Assembly: GCA_047602295.1 (NCBI GenBank)
Contig: JASGHP010000001.1
Span: forward strand, 1,800,803-1,864,802
Source of the DNA: Chitinophagaceae bacterium
GTDB taxonomy: Bacteria > Bacteroidota > Bacteroidia > Chitinophagales > Chitinophagaceae
DNA length: 64,000 bases
Reading direction: 5' to 3'
The position numbers and the translations under genes are program-made. The notes beneath the pieces are model-generated. The model was not told where the DNA came from. It did no database searches and saw nothing but the letters and a program-made list of their open reading frames with translations. Shown in pieces: positions 28,885-39,000 of this stretch (positions within the stretch are counted from its first letter, which is position 1; the number at the start of each line of letters is the position of its first letter).

Positions 28885-31800
28885 ATGAGTTTTTTTAAAA
28901 AGTATTGGTATTTATTTTTTATAGGCATCCTGCCACTATGTATTGGTTGCAATACAAGTGAAACAACTCCTGTTTCCGGACCGGCTATGTTTGAATTGCT
29001 TGAAAGCAAACAAACCGGGCTTGACTTTAATAACAAACTTACACCTACCGGCTCATTCAACATTTTCAAGTACATGTATTTTTACAACGGCGCTGGTGTT
29101 GGAGCTGCGGATTTTAATAATGACGGAAAAATTGATTTGTTCTTTGCAAGCAACCAGGGACAGAATAAAATGTACTTAAACCAGGGTGGTTTAAAATTCA
29201 AAGAGATTACGCAGGAAGCAAAAATTCCGGCAGATGGTGGATGGAGTACGGGAGTAAGTGTAGTGGATATTAATAACGATGGATTATTGGATATTTACGT
29301 TTGTAAAGTAGGCAATTTTGAAACCCTGCATGGAAAAAATCAATTGTTGGTATGCAAAGGCATTGATAAAAACGGTATTCCTTTTTTTGAAGATGAGGCA
29401 GCGCAGTACGGACTTGATTTTTCAGGCTTTAGTACGCAGGCAGCTTTTCTCGACTACGATGGAGATGGAGACCTGGATTTATTTCTTGTAAACCATTCCG
29501 TGCATCAAAACGGAAACTTTGCCCCGAGAAAAAATTTTCTAGGAACTTATAGCGAGTTAAGTGGTGATCGCATTTTTAGAAACGATGGGGCACATTTTAC
29601 TGATGTAACTAAAGCTGCAGGCATTAACAGCTCTGCCATTAGTTACGGACTGGGTGTTTGCGTAGCAGATATTAATTTAGATGGATGGCCTGATATATAC
29701 ATTGGAAACGACTTTCATGAAAATGATTATCTCTATATTAACCAACACGACGGAACTTTCAAAGATGAAGGGCCACGTGCTATGATGCATACAAGCCAGT
29801 TCTCGATGGGTGTAGATGTAGCCGATGTTAATAATGATGGATTTCCTGAAATAATATCAATGGACATGTTGCCTGAAGATCCATTCATTTTAAAGAGATC
29901 GCTTGGAGAGGATAACTATGATCTTTTTTATGAAAAGATTGGTTATGGATATCATTACCAATATACCCGAAACAATTTTCAGCTCAATTTGCGCAATGGC
30001 CAGTTTAGCGAGGTAGGTTTATATGCAGGTATAGCCGCAACTGATTGGAGCTGGACTCCACTCTGGATGGATTTTGATAATGATGGAGTAAAAGATTTAT
30101 TTATATCGAACGGAATACCCAGGCGTCTAAATGATATCGACTTCCAGAATTTTATCACTAATGAAGAAATTCAAAAGATGATAAAGACAGAGAAAGTAGA
30201 AGATCAGCAAATGGTATTGCAGGAGAAATTTCCACAGATAAAATTGCCTAACAAATTTTATAAGAATACTGGTAATGCAAAATTCTCGGATTGCGCGGCT
30301 CAAATAAAAAATGATAAACCAACCTATTCCAATGGAGCTGTGTATGCAGACCTTGATAATGATGGAGATCTTGATGTAATTGTAAATAATATTGATGACC
30401 CTGCAATGTTGTATGAAAACCATGCAAATGATAAAAAAGATAAACCTTACGCAGAAATAAAATTAAAAGGCCCCGAGAAAAACCCCAACGCTGTAGGCGC
30501 AAGAATTTTTGAATTTAGCAATGGAGAAATAAGGGTGTATGAGAAAAACCAGGTTCGTGGTTTTTTATCTAGTATGGAAACGCCTTTGCATATCGGCCTT
30601 GATAAAGCAAAACCTGATTCGGTATTCCTGGTATGGCCAGACAATCATTTTGAACGGATAACGCTTCAAAAAGATACGTTGACAACGCTTTCATACAAAC
30701 CGCAACTTCCCGTTTTTGATTATCGATTGATTACAGAACATTGGAAGAACCCTACAACCCCCATGTTTGATATTACACAACAAAGCGGATTGACTTATCT
30801 GCATAAAGAAGATTTTTTTCACGAGTTTGACAGAGAGCAGCTTTTGCCGCATATGCTTTCTACAGAGGGGCCGGGTATGGCTATTGGCGATATTAATCAC
30901 GATGGTTTGGATGATGTTTTCATAGGTGCAGCGCGGTTTGGAAAACCTGCAGTTTTTTTACAACAGGGCAATGGACATTTTGTAAAAAGTAATCAGCCTG
31001 CATTGGATCTGGATAGTAATTATGAAACAGTGTCCGCTTGTTTTGCTGATATAAATCGCGACGGCTTTCCTGATCTTGTAGTAGCAAGCGCAGGCAATGA
31101 GTTTTATGGAGACGATGAACACAACTCCCCGCATGCTTATTTGAATGATGGTAAAGGAAATTTTAGTAAAAAGACAGATGCATTTTCACCAATGTATTTA
31201 ACCGCTTCCTGCATTGTTCCCTGCGATTTTGATGGAGATGGTTTTATTGATCTGTTTATGGGTGGCAGAGCTATTCCATGGGAGTATGGGCAATCACCCA
31301 CATCATATTTATTAAAGAATGACGGTAAAGGGCATTTCATAAACGTAACGCAACAATTTGCTGCGCCATTGGCCAATATTGGTTTTGTAACCAATGCTGT
31401 GTGGTGTGATTTAGATAACGATAAAAAAACTGACCTGGTACTCTCTCTTGAATGGGGCGGCATTACTGCGTTCATGAATAAAGGTGGAACGTTTGAACAA
31501 AAGCAATTAACCAATAAATCTGGTTGGTGGAATTTTGTACTGCCTGTAGATTTAAACGGAGATGGACATCTTGATTTTGTTTGCGGCAACCTTGGTCTTA
31601 ATAGCAGGCTGACTGCTTCTGAAGAACATCCGGTTAAATTGTATTACAATGATTTTGATGATAATGGCAAAAAAGAGCAGGTGCTTACTTATTTTATTAA
31701 TGGGCGTGAATTTCCTTTTGCTAATATTGCCGAGATACAAAAGCAAATGCCCATACTAAAGAAGAAATTTCTTTATTCCAGTGAATTTGCTAAAGCAACT

Positions 31801-32238
31801 TTACCGGAAATTTTTACGAGTGATAAATTAAACAGTGCAACAGTTTGGAAAGCAGATTATTTTTCCAACGCTGTTTTGATGAACGATGGTAAAAATAATT
31901 TTACTGTAGAGCCATTGCCCTGGAAAGCACAATTAGCGCCTTACAGAGATGCGCAAATTGTAGATGCCAATGGAGACAACCTGCCGGATATTCTTTTGGT
32001 TGGAAACTATTACGAAAACAATATAGAAATGGGGCGTTATGATGCAGATTACGGCACTATATTATTAAACAAAGGAAATGGCAAGATGGAACCTTACTCC
32101 ATTAACGGGTTGCAAGTGAAAGGACAGGTTCGCCATGTAGGCAAAATAATGATTGGAGGCAAACAAGCATTTATTTTGGCTAGAAATAATGACAGCACAA
32201 TGGTGGTAAGGTTTGCAGAAAAAGGCAATGAAAAATAA
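28885..32238 (+). CDS. VCBS/FG-GAP repeat protein with a central ASPIC/UnbV domain; predicted lipoprotein (paralog 2)
   Basis: Collinear with paralog 1 (ADFNNDGKIDLF, VDINNDGLLDIY, LDYDGDGDLD; ASPIC block VGARIFEFSNG..EKNQVRGFLSS). Lipobox CIGC. Confidence 0.85.
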   Translation: MSFFKKYWYLFFIGILPLCIGCNTSETTPVSGPAMFELLESKQTGLDFNNKLTPTGSFNIFKYMYFYNGAGVGAADFNNDGKIDLFFASNQGQNKMYLNQGGLKFKEITQEAKIPADGGWSTGVSVVDINNDGLLDIYVCKVGNFETLHGKNQLLVCKGIDKNGIPFFEDEAAQYGLDFSGFSTQAAFLDYDGDGDLDLFLVNHSVHQNGNFAPRKNFLGTYSELSGDRIFRNDGAHFTDVTKAAGINSSAISYGLGVCVADINLDGWPDIYIGNDFHENDYLYINQHDGTFKDEGPRAMMHTSQFSMGVDVADVNNDGFPEIISMDMLPEDPFILKRSLGEDNYDLFYEKIGYGYHYQYTRNNFQLNLRNGQFSEVGLYAGIAATDWSWTPLWMDFDNDGVKDLFISNGIPRRLNDIDFQNFITNEEIQKMIKTEKVEDQQMVLQEKFPQIKLPNKFYKNTGNAKFSDCAAQIKNDKPTYSNGAVYADLDNDGDLDVIVNNIDDPAMLYENHANDKKDKPYAEIKLKGPEKNPNAVGARIFEFSNGEIRVYEKNQVRGFLSSMETPLHIGLDKAKPDSVFLVWPDNHFERITLQKDTLTTLSYKPQLPVFDYRLITEHWKNPTTPMFDITQQSGLTYLHKEDFFHEFDREQLLPHMLSTEGPGMAIGDINHDGLDDVFIGAARFGKPAVFLQQGNGHFVKSNQPALDLDSNYETVSACFADINRDGFPDLVVASAGNEFYGDDEHNSPHAYLNDGKGNFSKKTDAFSPMYLTASCIVPCDFDGDGFIDLFMGGRAIPWEYGQSPTSYLLKNDGKGHFINVTQQFAAPLANIGFVTNAVWCDLDNDKKTDLVLSLEWGGITAFMNKGGTFEQKQLTNKSGWWNFVLPVDLNGDGHLDFVCGNLGLNSRLTASEEHPVKLYYNDFDDNGKKEQVLTYFINGREFPFANIAEIQKQMPILKKKFLYSSEFAKATLPEIFTSDKLNSATVWKADYFSNAVLMNDGKNNFTVEPLPWKAQLAPYRDAQIVDANGDNLPDILLVGNYYENNIEMGRYDADYGTILLNKGNGKMEPYSINGLQVKGQVRHVGKIMIGGKQAFILARNNDSTMVVRFAEKGNEK

Positions 32239-32247
32239 ATTGCCTTT
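32221..32247. terminator. Bidirectional hairpin spanning the ends of two convergent genes
   Basis: aaaggcaat (32221-32229) pairs with attgccttt (32239-32247) and overlaps both stop codons. Confidence 0.55.
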
Positions 32248-33200
32248 TAGTTATGAAATAAAGGCGAGAATATTTTTGTTTTCCATTTAGTTGTATCCGT
32301 TTCTTTTTGTCTGTCAGTAATAAGATAATCAAACGGGACTGCCATTAAAATTTTTCCATAATCCTGGAAGTAGTAACGCATTTGCTGGTGAATATAGGCT
32401 ACGGTCTTCAATCCACCTGTAACATCTGCAATAACAAACTTATCGCCTACCAGTCTTACCGGGAATACTGAATCTTTTGCTGGTATAAAGCGATCAACCG
32501 GTAATGCCAACATTACATTATAGCCAGCTGGGTGTTGTGGTGTTATATTTAACATTGGCGTACCTACGATCTTACATCCCTCCTTACTGCAAAATTGTTT
32601 CAATTTATCAATGCGTGAGTATACATAATCTACAGAAGGAGATTCAGCAGTATAAGATTTTGTGGTGATTAAGATGGTGTCCGTAACAGCCGCTTCATAA
32701 AATTTTACACCGTAGACGTTCTTAATGTCCGACAAATAAGTTTGAATACTCTTCAGTATTGTATGCATGCTTTTTTTAAGCGCAACTGCCTTTCTATACT
32801 GTAAAAACCTGCTAAATGGATTGCTGCCTGCGTCCATATTAAATTGCCATTTTACCAGCGTTGAATCGTTTGGAATAGCCAGCACATGTATTTCGCTTGT
32901 CAGCGTTTCTTTCTTGTTGCCTATCAAAACCTGTAGAACATTGATGTTTTTTTGGGAAAGCGTATACTGGTTGTTTGAATAATAATAATCGTTTGCAGAA
33001 TCTTTTGTTTTGCCTGACACTACATCGCCAGGCCACCATTTGCCCCAGCTTGAACCTTCAGACAAGTTTCTGAAAGTGGCTGCAGGGACACAGAAAAATG
33101 TCATAGATTCTTCAACAGTTAGTTTTTGCGGAATAAAAAGATAGACAGCAAGTACCGCTGCAATAAAAATAAAAACCAGCGCAACAATCAGTTTTTTCAT
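32247..33200 (-). CDS. Membrane-anchored hypothetical protein (possible SRPBCC-like N-terminal half plus GyrI-like C-terminal half)
   Basis: N-terminal TM anchor MKKLIVALVFIFIAAVLAVYLF and a two-domain soluble part. The fold assignment is a guess from composition only. Confidence 0.4.
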   Translation of the reverse strand: MKKLIVALVFIFIAAVLAVYLFIPQKLTVEESMTFFCVPAATFRNLSEGSSWGKWWPGDVVSGKTKDSANDYYYSNNQYTLSQKNINVLQVLIGNKKETLTSEIHVLAIPNDSTLVKWQFNMDAGSNPFSRFLQYRKAVALKKSMHTILKSIQTYLSDIKNVYGVKFYEAAVTDTILITTKSYTAESPSVDYVYSRIDKLKQFCSKEGCKIVGTPMLNITPQHPAGYNVMLALPVDRFIPAKDSVFPVRLVGDKFVIADVTGGLKTVAYIHQQMRYYFQDYGKILMAVPFDYLITDRQKETDTTKWKTKIFSPLFHN

Positions 33201-33324
33201 ACAGTATAAATAATACAACTAAATGCTTGCAAAGTACCAAATATATAGCTGTGAAGCCTTTATTTTTGAGATAAAATAATACACAAATTGTGTTGCATTG
33301 TCTGTTACTTATTTATAAAAAGCC

Positions 33325-35094
33325 ATGAAAAAATACATAACAGTTATAGCAAGTCTGCTGTTTGCTCTTGCTTCCACTTCACAAGTGCCAGATACGCATA
33401 TCAGGCTAAACCAATTAGGCTTCTATAACTACGCCCCCAAAATAGCAATAATTGCAACACCTGTCTCTGCCAATAATTTTTATGTTGTCAACACTACAAA
33501 TAACGATACCGTTTTCCGCGGCCAGTTAAGTCCTGAAATGCCATCGCACAATTCGTCTTTAAAAACACGCATAGCCGATTTCAGTGCAGTGCACATGAGT
33601 GGCAAGTTTATCATGGTAGTTCCGGGTTTGCCGGTTTCTTATCCTTTTTCTATTCGGTCCAACGCTAATCAACAGGTGGCACTCGCAGCATTAAAAGGAT
33701 ACTATTATCAAAGGGTGTCAATGCCATTAGAAAAAAAATATGCAGGCCAATGGGCAAGACCTGCGGGGCATCCCGATACTGCAGTATTGATTCATCCTTC
33801 TGCTGCGTCCGATAAAAGGCCTGCGGGTGCAGTTGTTTCTACACCGGGTGGCTGGTATGATGCAGGCGATTACAATAAATATGTGGTGAACTCGGGCATT
33901 ACAATGGGCACTTTGCTATCAGCCTATGAAGATTTTCCAAAGTATTTTGATACACTGCACACTAATATACCAGAAAGCAAAAACAACATACCTGATATAC
34001 TGGATGAGGTTTTATACAATTTGCGCTGGATGCTTGCCACGCAAGATCCCAACGATGGTGGTGTATATAATAAATGTACCAATGCAGCTTTTGATGGAAT
34101 GGTGATGCCTGGTGTAACCAAACTGCCAAGATATGTGGTACAAAAAGGCACAGCAGCTACGCTGGATTTTGCTGCGGTAATGGCGCAATGCAGTCGTATC
34201 GTAAAAAAGATGTCAAAAGAGTTGCCGGGCCTCTCTGATAGTTGCCTGCATGCTGCACAAAAAGCCTGGCAATGGGCATTGCAAAATCCTTCTTTAGCTT
34301 ACAGGCAGGATTCCATCAACCTTATATATGAACCAAAGATTACGACTGGTGGCTATGGAGATCGTAATTTTTCTGATGAATGGTTTTGGGCAGCGACAGA
34401 ATTATTTGCTACTACCAAAAACGATCAGTTTAATGAAATGCTATTGGCTCATATAGGAGATACAATGACACTGCCATCGTGGGGCAATGTGCGCATGTTG
34501 GGCTTTTATACTTTACTGCGCAATGCAGGTTCGTTGCCATCACAAATGAATAATACTGTGATGCAATTGCAAAAAAGATTGTTGCAGTTTGCAGATAATT
34601 ATCTTTCACCAGTAAAAGCTAATGCATTTCAAACTGTAATGGGCAGCACAGCAAAAGATTTTAACTGGGGTAGCAATTCAAATGCGGGCAACCAGGGCAT
34701 TGCGCTTATTAATGCATGGTTTATTACAAAAGACAAAAAATATATTGACGGGGCGTTATCCAATCTTGATTATATACTGGGCAGAAACGCTACCGGTTAT
34801 TGTTTTGTAACCGGCATTGGTACACATTCAACATTACATCCACACCATCGCCCTTCTGTTGCAGATGGCATTGATGCGCCAGTGCCGGGATTATTAGCAG
34901 GCGGACCTAATCCTGGCAGGCAGGATAAATGTGTTTATGAATTTACAGAGCCTGAAACCGCTTACTCAGATATAGATTGCGCTTATGCTTCCAATGAAAT
35001 TGCCATTAACTGGAATGCACCGCTGGTATACCTGGCTAATGCAATAGAAGCATTGCAGCAACAGGTGAAATATATTGCACAACATTCAAAATAA
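33325..35094 (+). CDS. Glycoside hydrolase family 9 with an N-terminal Ig-like (CelD_N-type) domain
   Basis: GGWYDAGDYNKY, DEWFWAATELF, HPHHRPS and AYASNEIAINWNAPLVY GH9 signatures; signal peptide. Confidence 0.9.
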   Translation: MKKYITVIASLLFALASTSQVPDTHIRLNQLGFYNYAPKIAIIATPVSANNFYVVNTTNNDTVFRGQLSPEMPSHNSSLKTRIADFSAVHMSGKFIMVVPGLPVSYPFSIRSNANQQVALAALKGYYYQRVSMPLEKKYAGQWARPAGHPDTAVLIHPSAASDKRPAGAVVSTPGGWYDAGDYNKYVVNSGITMGTLLSAYEDFPKYFDTLHTNIPESKNNIPDILDEVLYNLRWMLATQDPNDGGVYNKCTNAAFDGMVMPGVTKLPRYVVQKGTAATLDFAAVMAQCSRIVKKMSKELPGLSDSCLHAAQKAWQWALQNPSLAYRQDSINLIYEPKITTGGYGDRNFSDEWFWAATELFATTKNDQFNEMLLAHIGDTMTLPSWGNVRMLGFYTLLRNAGSLPSQMNNTVMQLQKRLLQFADNYLSPVKANAFQTVMGSTAKDFNWGSNSNAGNQGIALINAWFITKDKKYIDGALSNLDYILGRNATGYCFVTGIGTHSTLHPHHRPSVADGIDAPVPGLLAGGPNPGRQDKCVYEFTEPETAYSDIDCAYASNEIAINWNAPLVYLANAIEALQQQVKYIAQHSK

Positions 35095-35217
35095 TAGTCG
35101 CAAAACAAATGCAGCCTCCTATCCGTGTGGAATTTTAGCCCCTCATCTCATCGAATTCACGCTTGTGTTTTATTGCATGTTTCTTGTGTGCTTCATTGAT
35201 AATTAAAGTTGAACCAC

Positions 35218-36033
35218 ATGAAACAGATAAAAAGTGATGGCACCCATATCAGCTACAATGTGTATGGTGATGGAGAAGTTGCCTTGTTGTTTGTACATGG
35301 CGCATTCATCAACCAAACATATTGGAAAGAGCAGGTAGATTTTTTTAAAAGAGACTATAAAGTAATAACGCTGGATCTGCCAGGACATGGTAAATCAGGG
35401 AAAGAAAGAAAAGATTGGTCTATTAAAAATTTTGCAGCAGATATAATTGCATTGATTACAGAATTGGAATTGCGCAATGTTATTTTAATTGGACACTCCA
35501 TGGGCGCAGATGTAAATCTTATAGTCGCAAATAATAATCCTGCACCTGTTCTTGGCATCATTGGTATTGATATTTTAAAAAATGCGGGTATGCCTTTGCC
35601 AGATGAATATCAGCAACAAGTGTCGCAAATATTGCATGGTCTGGAGACAGATTTTGTAAATACCAATGAACAATACGCAAGGATGGCCTTACTTACAGAA
35701 AAAACACCAAAAGAAATTGTAGAAAGAATAGTAAGTGATTATAGAAATGCCTACCAGCCAATGGCCAAGCCGCTTACCAAAGAAGTCTTTTCCAGCTTTG
35801 AGATAGAAAGAAAATGTTTGCAGGAGTTGCAGTATAAATTATACCTTATAAATGTAAGCTATATGCCTACAAATGAAGCGCCATTGCAGCGTTTTGCCGG
35901 AAGATCAGGCTACGAAGTATTGAACATGAAGAGTACTTCGCATTTTCCAATGCTGGAAAGCCCCATTGTGCTAAATGCTTTATTGCAGGAAGTAATCCAG
36001 GAAATTGCTGTCAACGTATTACATGGCGCATAG
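35218..36033 (+). CDS. Alpha/beta hydrolase fold protein
   Basis: HG oxyanion motif LLFVHGAF, nucleophile elbow GHSMG, C-terminal His (STSHFPMLE). The ATG at 35218 is preferred over the TTG at 35209. Confidence 0.8.
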   Translation: MKQIKSDGTHISYNVYGDGEVALLFVHGAFINQTYWKEQVDFFKRDYKVITLDLPGHGKSGKERKDWSIKNFAADIIALITELELRNVILIGHSMGADVNLIVANNNPAPVLGIIGIDILKNAGMPLPDEYQQQVSQILHGLETDFVNTNEQYARMALLTEKTPKEIVERIVSDYRNAYQPMAKPLTKEVFSSFEIERKCLQELQYKLYLINVSYMPTNEAPLQRFAGRSGYEVLNMKSTSHFPMLESPIVLNALLQEVIQEIAVNVLHGA

Positions 36034-36164
36034 CATTACTTGCTTGCAGGTAATAATCAGTTTTTAATCTGTTGCTTTTAAAAAAGACCCGATCGAACAG
36101 TTTTTAAAACAACGGATGCCTTATTTTGTGTAAGCGATTTGCAAATACAATCGCTTGCAGCATT

Positions 36165-38942
36165 ATGAAAAAACTCCTGCTTTTACTATTATCAATCATC
36201 ATCTTTCAATTATTTACATCAGCCCAACAAACCATTGTACAGTATTTAAGTGGCACAGATAAAGACCATACCACGCAATGGGATTTCTTCTGCACCAAAG
36301 GAATGAATAGTGGCAAGTGGACAAAGATTGCAGTTCCTTCTAATTGGGAGCAGCAAGGTTTTGGCGGTTATAGCTATGGGCATGATAAAGTAAAGACTGA
36401 TGAGCAGGGTTTATATAAATATCGTTTCCCTCTTGCAAAAGATCTTGCAGATAAAAAAGTCTTTATTGTCTTTGAAGGCTCAATGACCGATACAGAAGTT
36501 AAGATAAATGGCAAATCTGCCGGACAAATTCACCAGGGTGGTTTCTATCGTTTTAAATATGATATTACTGCATTGGTAAAATTTGGTGGTAACAATTTAT
36601 TAGAAGCAACGGTTAGCAAAATGTCAGCCCAGGCTTCGGTTAATAAGGCTGAGCGTAATGGAGACTTCTGGACGCTCGGTGGAATTTATCGGCCTGTATA
36701 TCTTGAAATAGTACCGCAAACATTTATAGACCGTGTGGCAATTGATGCAAAAGCAAGCGGCAGCTTTTCAATGGAAGTATACGCTAATGGTCTTGACAAA
36801 ACAAATGATATTGTTGCACAGGTACAGCAATTAAATGGAGAAAATACTGGCAACAGTTTTTACTTGCCAATAGCTAAGCAGCAGGAAAAATTTGTATTAA
36901 GAAACCAGTTTAGCAATCCTGCATTGTGGAATCCTGAGTTTCCCAATTTATACCAGGTTGTAGTTTCAATAAAGAAGGGAAGTAAAATCATTCATACGCT
37001 TACACAAAAATTTGGTTTCAGAACAGCAGAGCTACGGCCGCATGATGGCTTCTATGTAAATGGTGCGAAAGTAATTTTTAAAGGCGTGTGCAGGCATAGC
37101 GAGTGGCCAGAGACTGGTCGTACATTAAGCAAAGACATCAGCTTATTGGATATTGGATTGATGAAAGAAATGAACATGAATGCAGTGCGTATGTCTCATT
37201 ATCCGCCCGACCAACATTTCCTGGATGTTTGTGATTCACTCGGTCTTTTTGTATTGGATGAATTAACCGGTTGGCAGGCTTCTTATGATACGGTTGCAGG
37301 GCGTCCATTGGTAAAGGAGTTGGTAGTAAGAGATGTAAATCATCCTTCAGTAGTTATCTGGGATAATGGCAATGAAGGTGGCTGGAACCGTGGATTAGAC
37401 AATGATTATGCATTGTATGATCCGCAACAAAGACTGGTGATTCATCCCTGGGAAAAATTCAATGGCACAGACACCAAACACTATCCTGATTATAGTTATG
37501 TAGTTAATTCATCATTGTATGGGCACGAAGTATTTTTTCCCACCGAGTTTATGCATGGCTTATATGATGGCGGACATGGTGCAGGCTTAGATGATTTCTG
37601 GGATCTAATTTTGCAACATCCTTATGGCGCTGGCGGTTTTCTATGGTCATTTCATGATGAGGGCATTGTGCGGAGAGATAAAAAAGATAGCATTGATACA
37701 GATGGCAATCATGCACCCGATGGAATTGTAGGCCCGCATAGAGAAAAGGAAGCAAGTTTTTATACGATTAAAGAAATATGGTCGCCGGTTTTTATTCAAC
37801 AAAATAATATACCTGCAAGTTTCAATGGAAAGTTGCCAATAGAAAACCGCTATCTCTACACAAATCTTAACCAATGCAGTTTTGAATGGAAGCTGGCAAA
37901 TTTGCCTGGGCCAGATGATAAAACAACAACACCTGCAATTACTGCAAGTGGCAAACCTTCATCCATTTCTCTTGCACCCGGCGAGAAAGGTGCATTGCAA
38001 TTGAACCTGCCACCTAACTGGGCAAGCAATGATGTGCTTTACCTTACTGCGTATGATCCTTATCATAAAGAAATCTTTACCTGGAGCTGGCCATTGAAAA
38101 TGCCAATGTCTATTACTAAAGAAACTATTGCAGAAAAGAAAACAACTTCAGACATCAAAATAACAGAAGAAGACAGCAGCTTGCATGTAGTTGCAGATAA
38201 TACTCATTACTATTTCAATAAAGCAAATGGCAGTTTAGTAAAAGTAGTCAATAGCCAGTCGGCTGCTGCCATGTTCAACGGGCCGGTGTTGGCGGGTTCA
38301 AAGCAAACATTAAAGGAGCTAAAGCATTATGAGAAAGACAACCAATGGATAATAGAACCGGTGTATGAAGGTGATAATTTGTTTTTCGTTAAATGGATTT
38401 TCTCTCCCGGAATGCCGGTAGAAATGGAGTATAGCTATACACAGAAAGGAGTCAATGATTTTGCTGGCATCAGTTTTAATTACCCCGAAGAAAAGATAAC
38501 TGGTTTTAAATGGATGGGGCGTGGACCTTATCGTGCATGGAAAAACAGATTGAAAGGACAACAATTTGGTGTGTGGGAAAAGAAATACAATAACAGCATT
38601 ACAGGAGAAACCTGGGAGTACCCCGAATTCAAAGGTTATCATGCAAACGTCTACTGGGCTGTTATTGAAACCAAAGAGTCGTCTTTCAAAATTTACAACG
38701 AAAATGACGGCGTGTTCCTGCAGGTATTAAAACCATTGAAGCCCAAAGGTGCTTATAACGATAATACAAGTCCTGCTTTTCCTGATGGCAGCATTGGTAT
38801 TATGAGTGCTATACCACCTATCGGCACAAAGTTTCAATCAGCAGACAGAATGGGCCCACAAAGCCAGAAGAACAGTGCATTAAATGGACCAGTAACCGGC
38901 ACATTGTGGTTCGATTTCAGCGCCGCTTTAAAAGCTTATTAA
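36165..38942 (+). CDS. Glycoside hydrolase family 2
   Basis: Signal peptide, sugar-binding and Ig-like domains, TIM barrel NAVRMSHYPPDQHFLDVCDSLGLFVLDE, VIWDNGNEGG. The ATG at 36165 is preferred over the TTG at 36126. Confidence 0.85.
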   Translation: MKKLLLLLLSIIIFQLFTSAQQTIVQYLSGTDKDHTTQWDFFCTKGMNSGKWTKIAVPSNWEQQGFGGYSYGHDKVKTDEQGLYKYRFPLAKDLADKKVFIVFEGSMTDTEVKINGKSAGQIHQGGFYRFKYDITALVKFGGNNLLEATVSKMSAQASVNKAERNGDFWTLGGIYRPVYLEIVPQTFIDRVAIDAKASGSFSMEVYANGLDKTNDIVAQVQQLNGENTGNSFYLPIAKQQEKFVLRNQFSNPALWNPEFPNLYQVVVSIKKGSKIIHTLTQKFGFRTAELRPHDGFYVNGAKVIFKGVCRHSEWPETGRTLSKDISLLDIGLMKEMNMNAVRMSHYPPDQHFLDVCDSLGLFVLDELTGWQASYDTVAGRPLVKELVVRDVNHPSVVIWDNGNEGGWNRGLDNDYALYDPQQRLVIHPWEKFNGTDTKHYPDYSYVVNSSLYGHEVFFPTEFMHGLYDGGHGAGLDDFWDLILQHPYGAGGFLWSFHDEGIVRRDKKDSIDTDGNHAPDGIVGPHREKEASFYTIKEIWSPVFIQQNNIPASFNGKLPIENRYLYTNLNQCSFEWKLANLPGPDDKTTTPAITASGKPSSISLAPGEKGALQLNLPPNWASNDVLYLTAYDPYHKEIFTWSWPLKMPMSITKETIAEKKTTSDIKITEEDSSLHVVADNTHYYFNKANGSLVKVVNSQSAAAMFNGPVLAGSKQTLKELKHYEKDNQWIIEPVYEGDNLFFVKWIFSPGMPVEMEYSYTQKGVNDFAGISFNYPEEKITGFKWMGRGPYRAWKNRLKGQQFGVWEKKYNNSITGETWEYPEFKGYHANVYWAVIETKESSFKIYNENDGVFLQVLKPLKPKGAYNDNTSPAFPDGSIGIMSAIPPIGTKFQSADRMGPQSQKNSALNGPVTGTLWFDFSAALKAY

Positions 38943-38966
38943 ACACTTTATAGAAAACGTATCTTT

Positions 38967-38996
38967 AAGCAGCATCATTTTGGGTGCTGCTTTTTA
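38967..38996 (+). terminator. Rho-independent terminator after the GH2 gene
   Basis: aagcagca (38967-38974) pairs with tgctgctt (38985-38992), followed by a T run. Confidence 0.7.
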
Positions 38997-39000
38997 TTGC

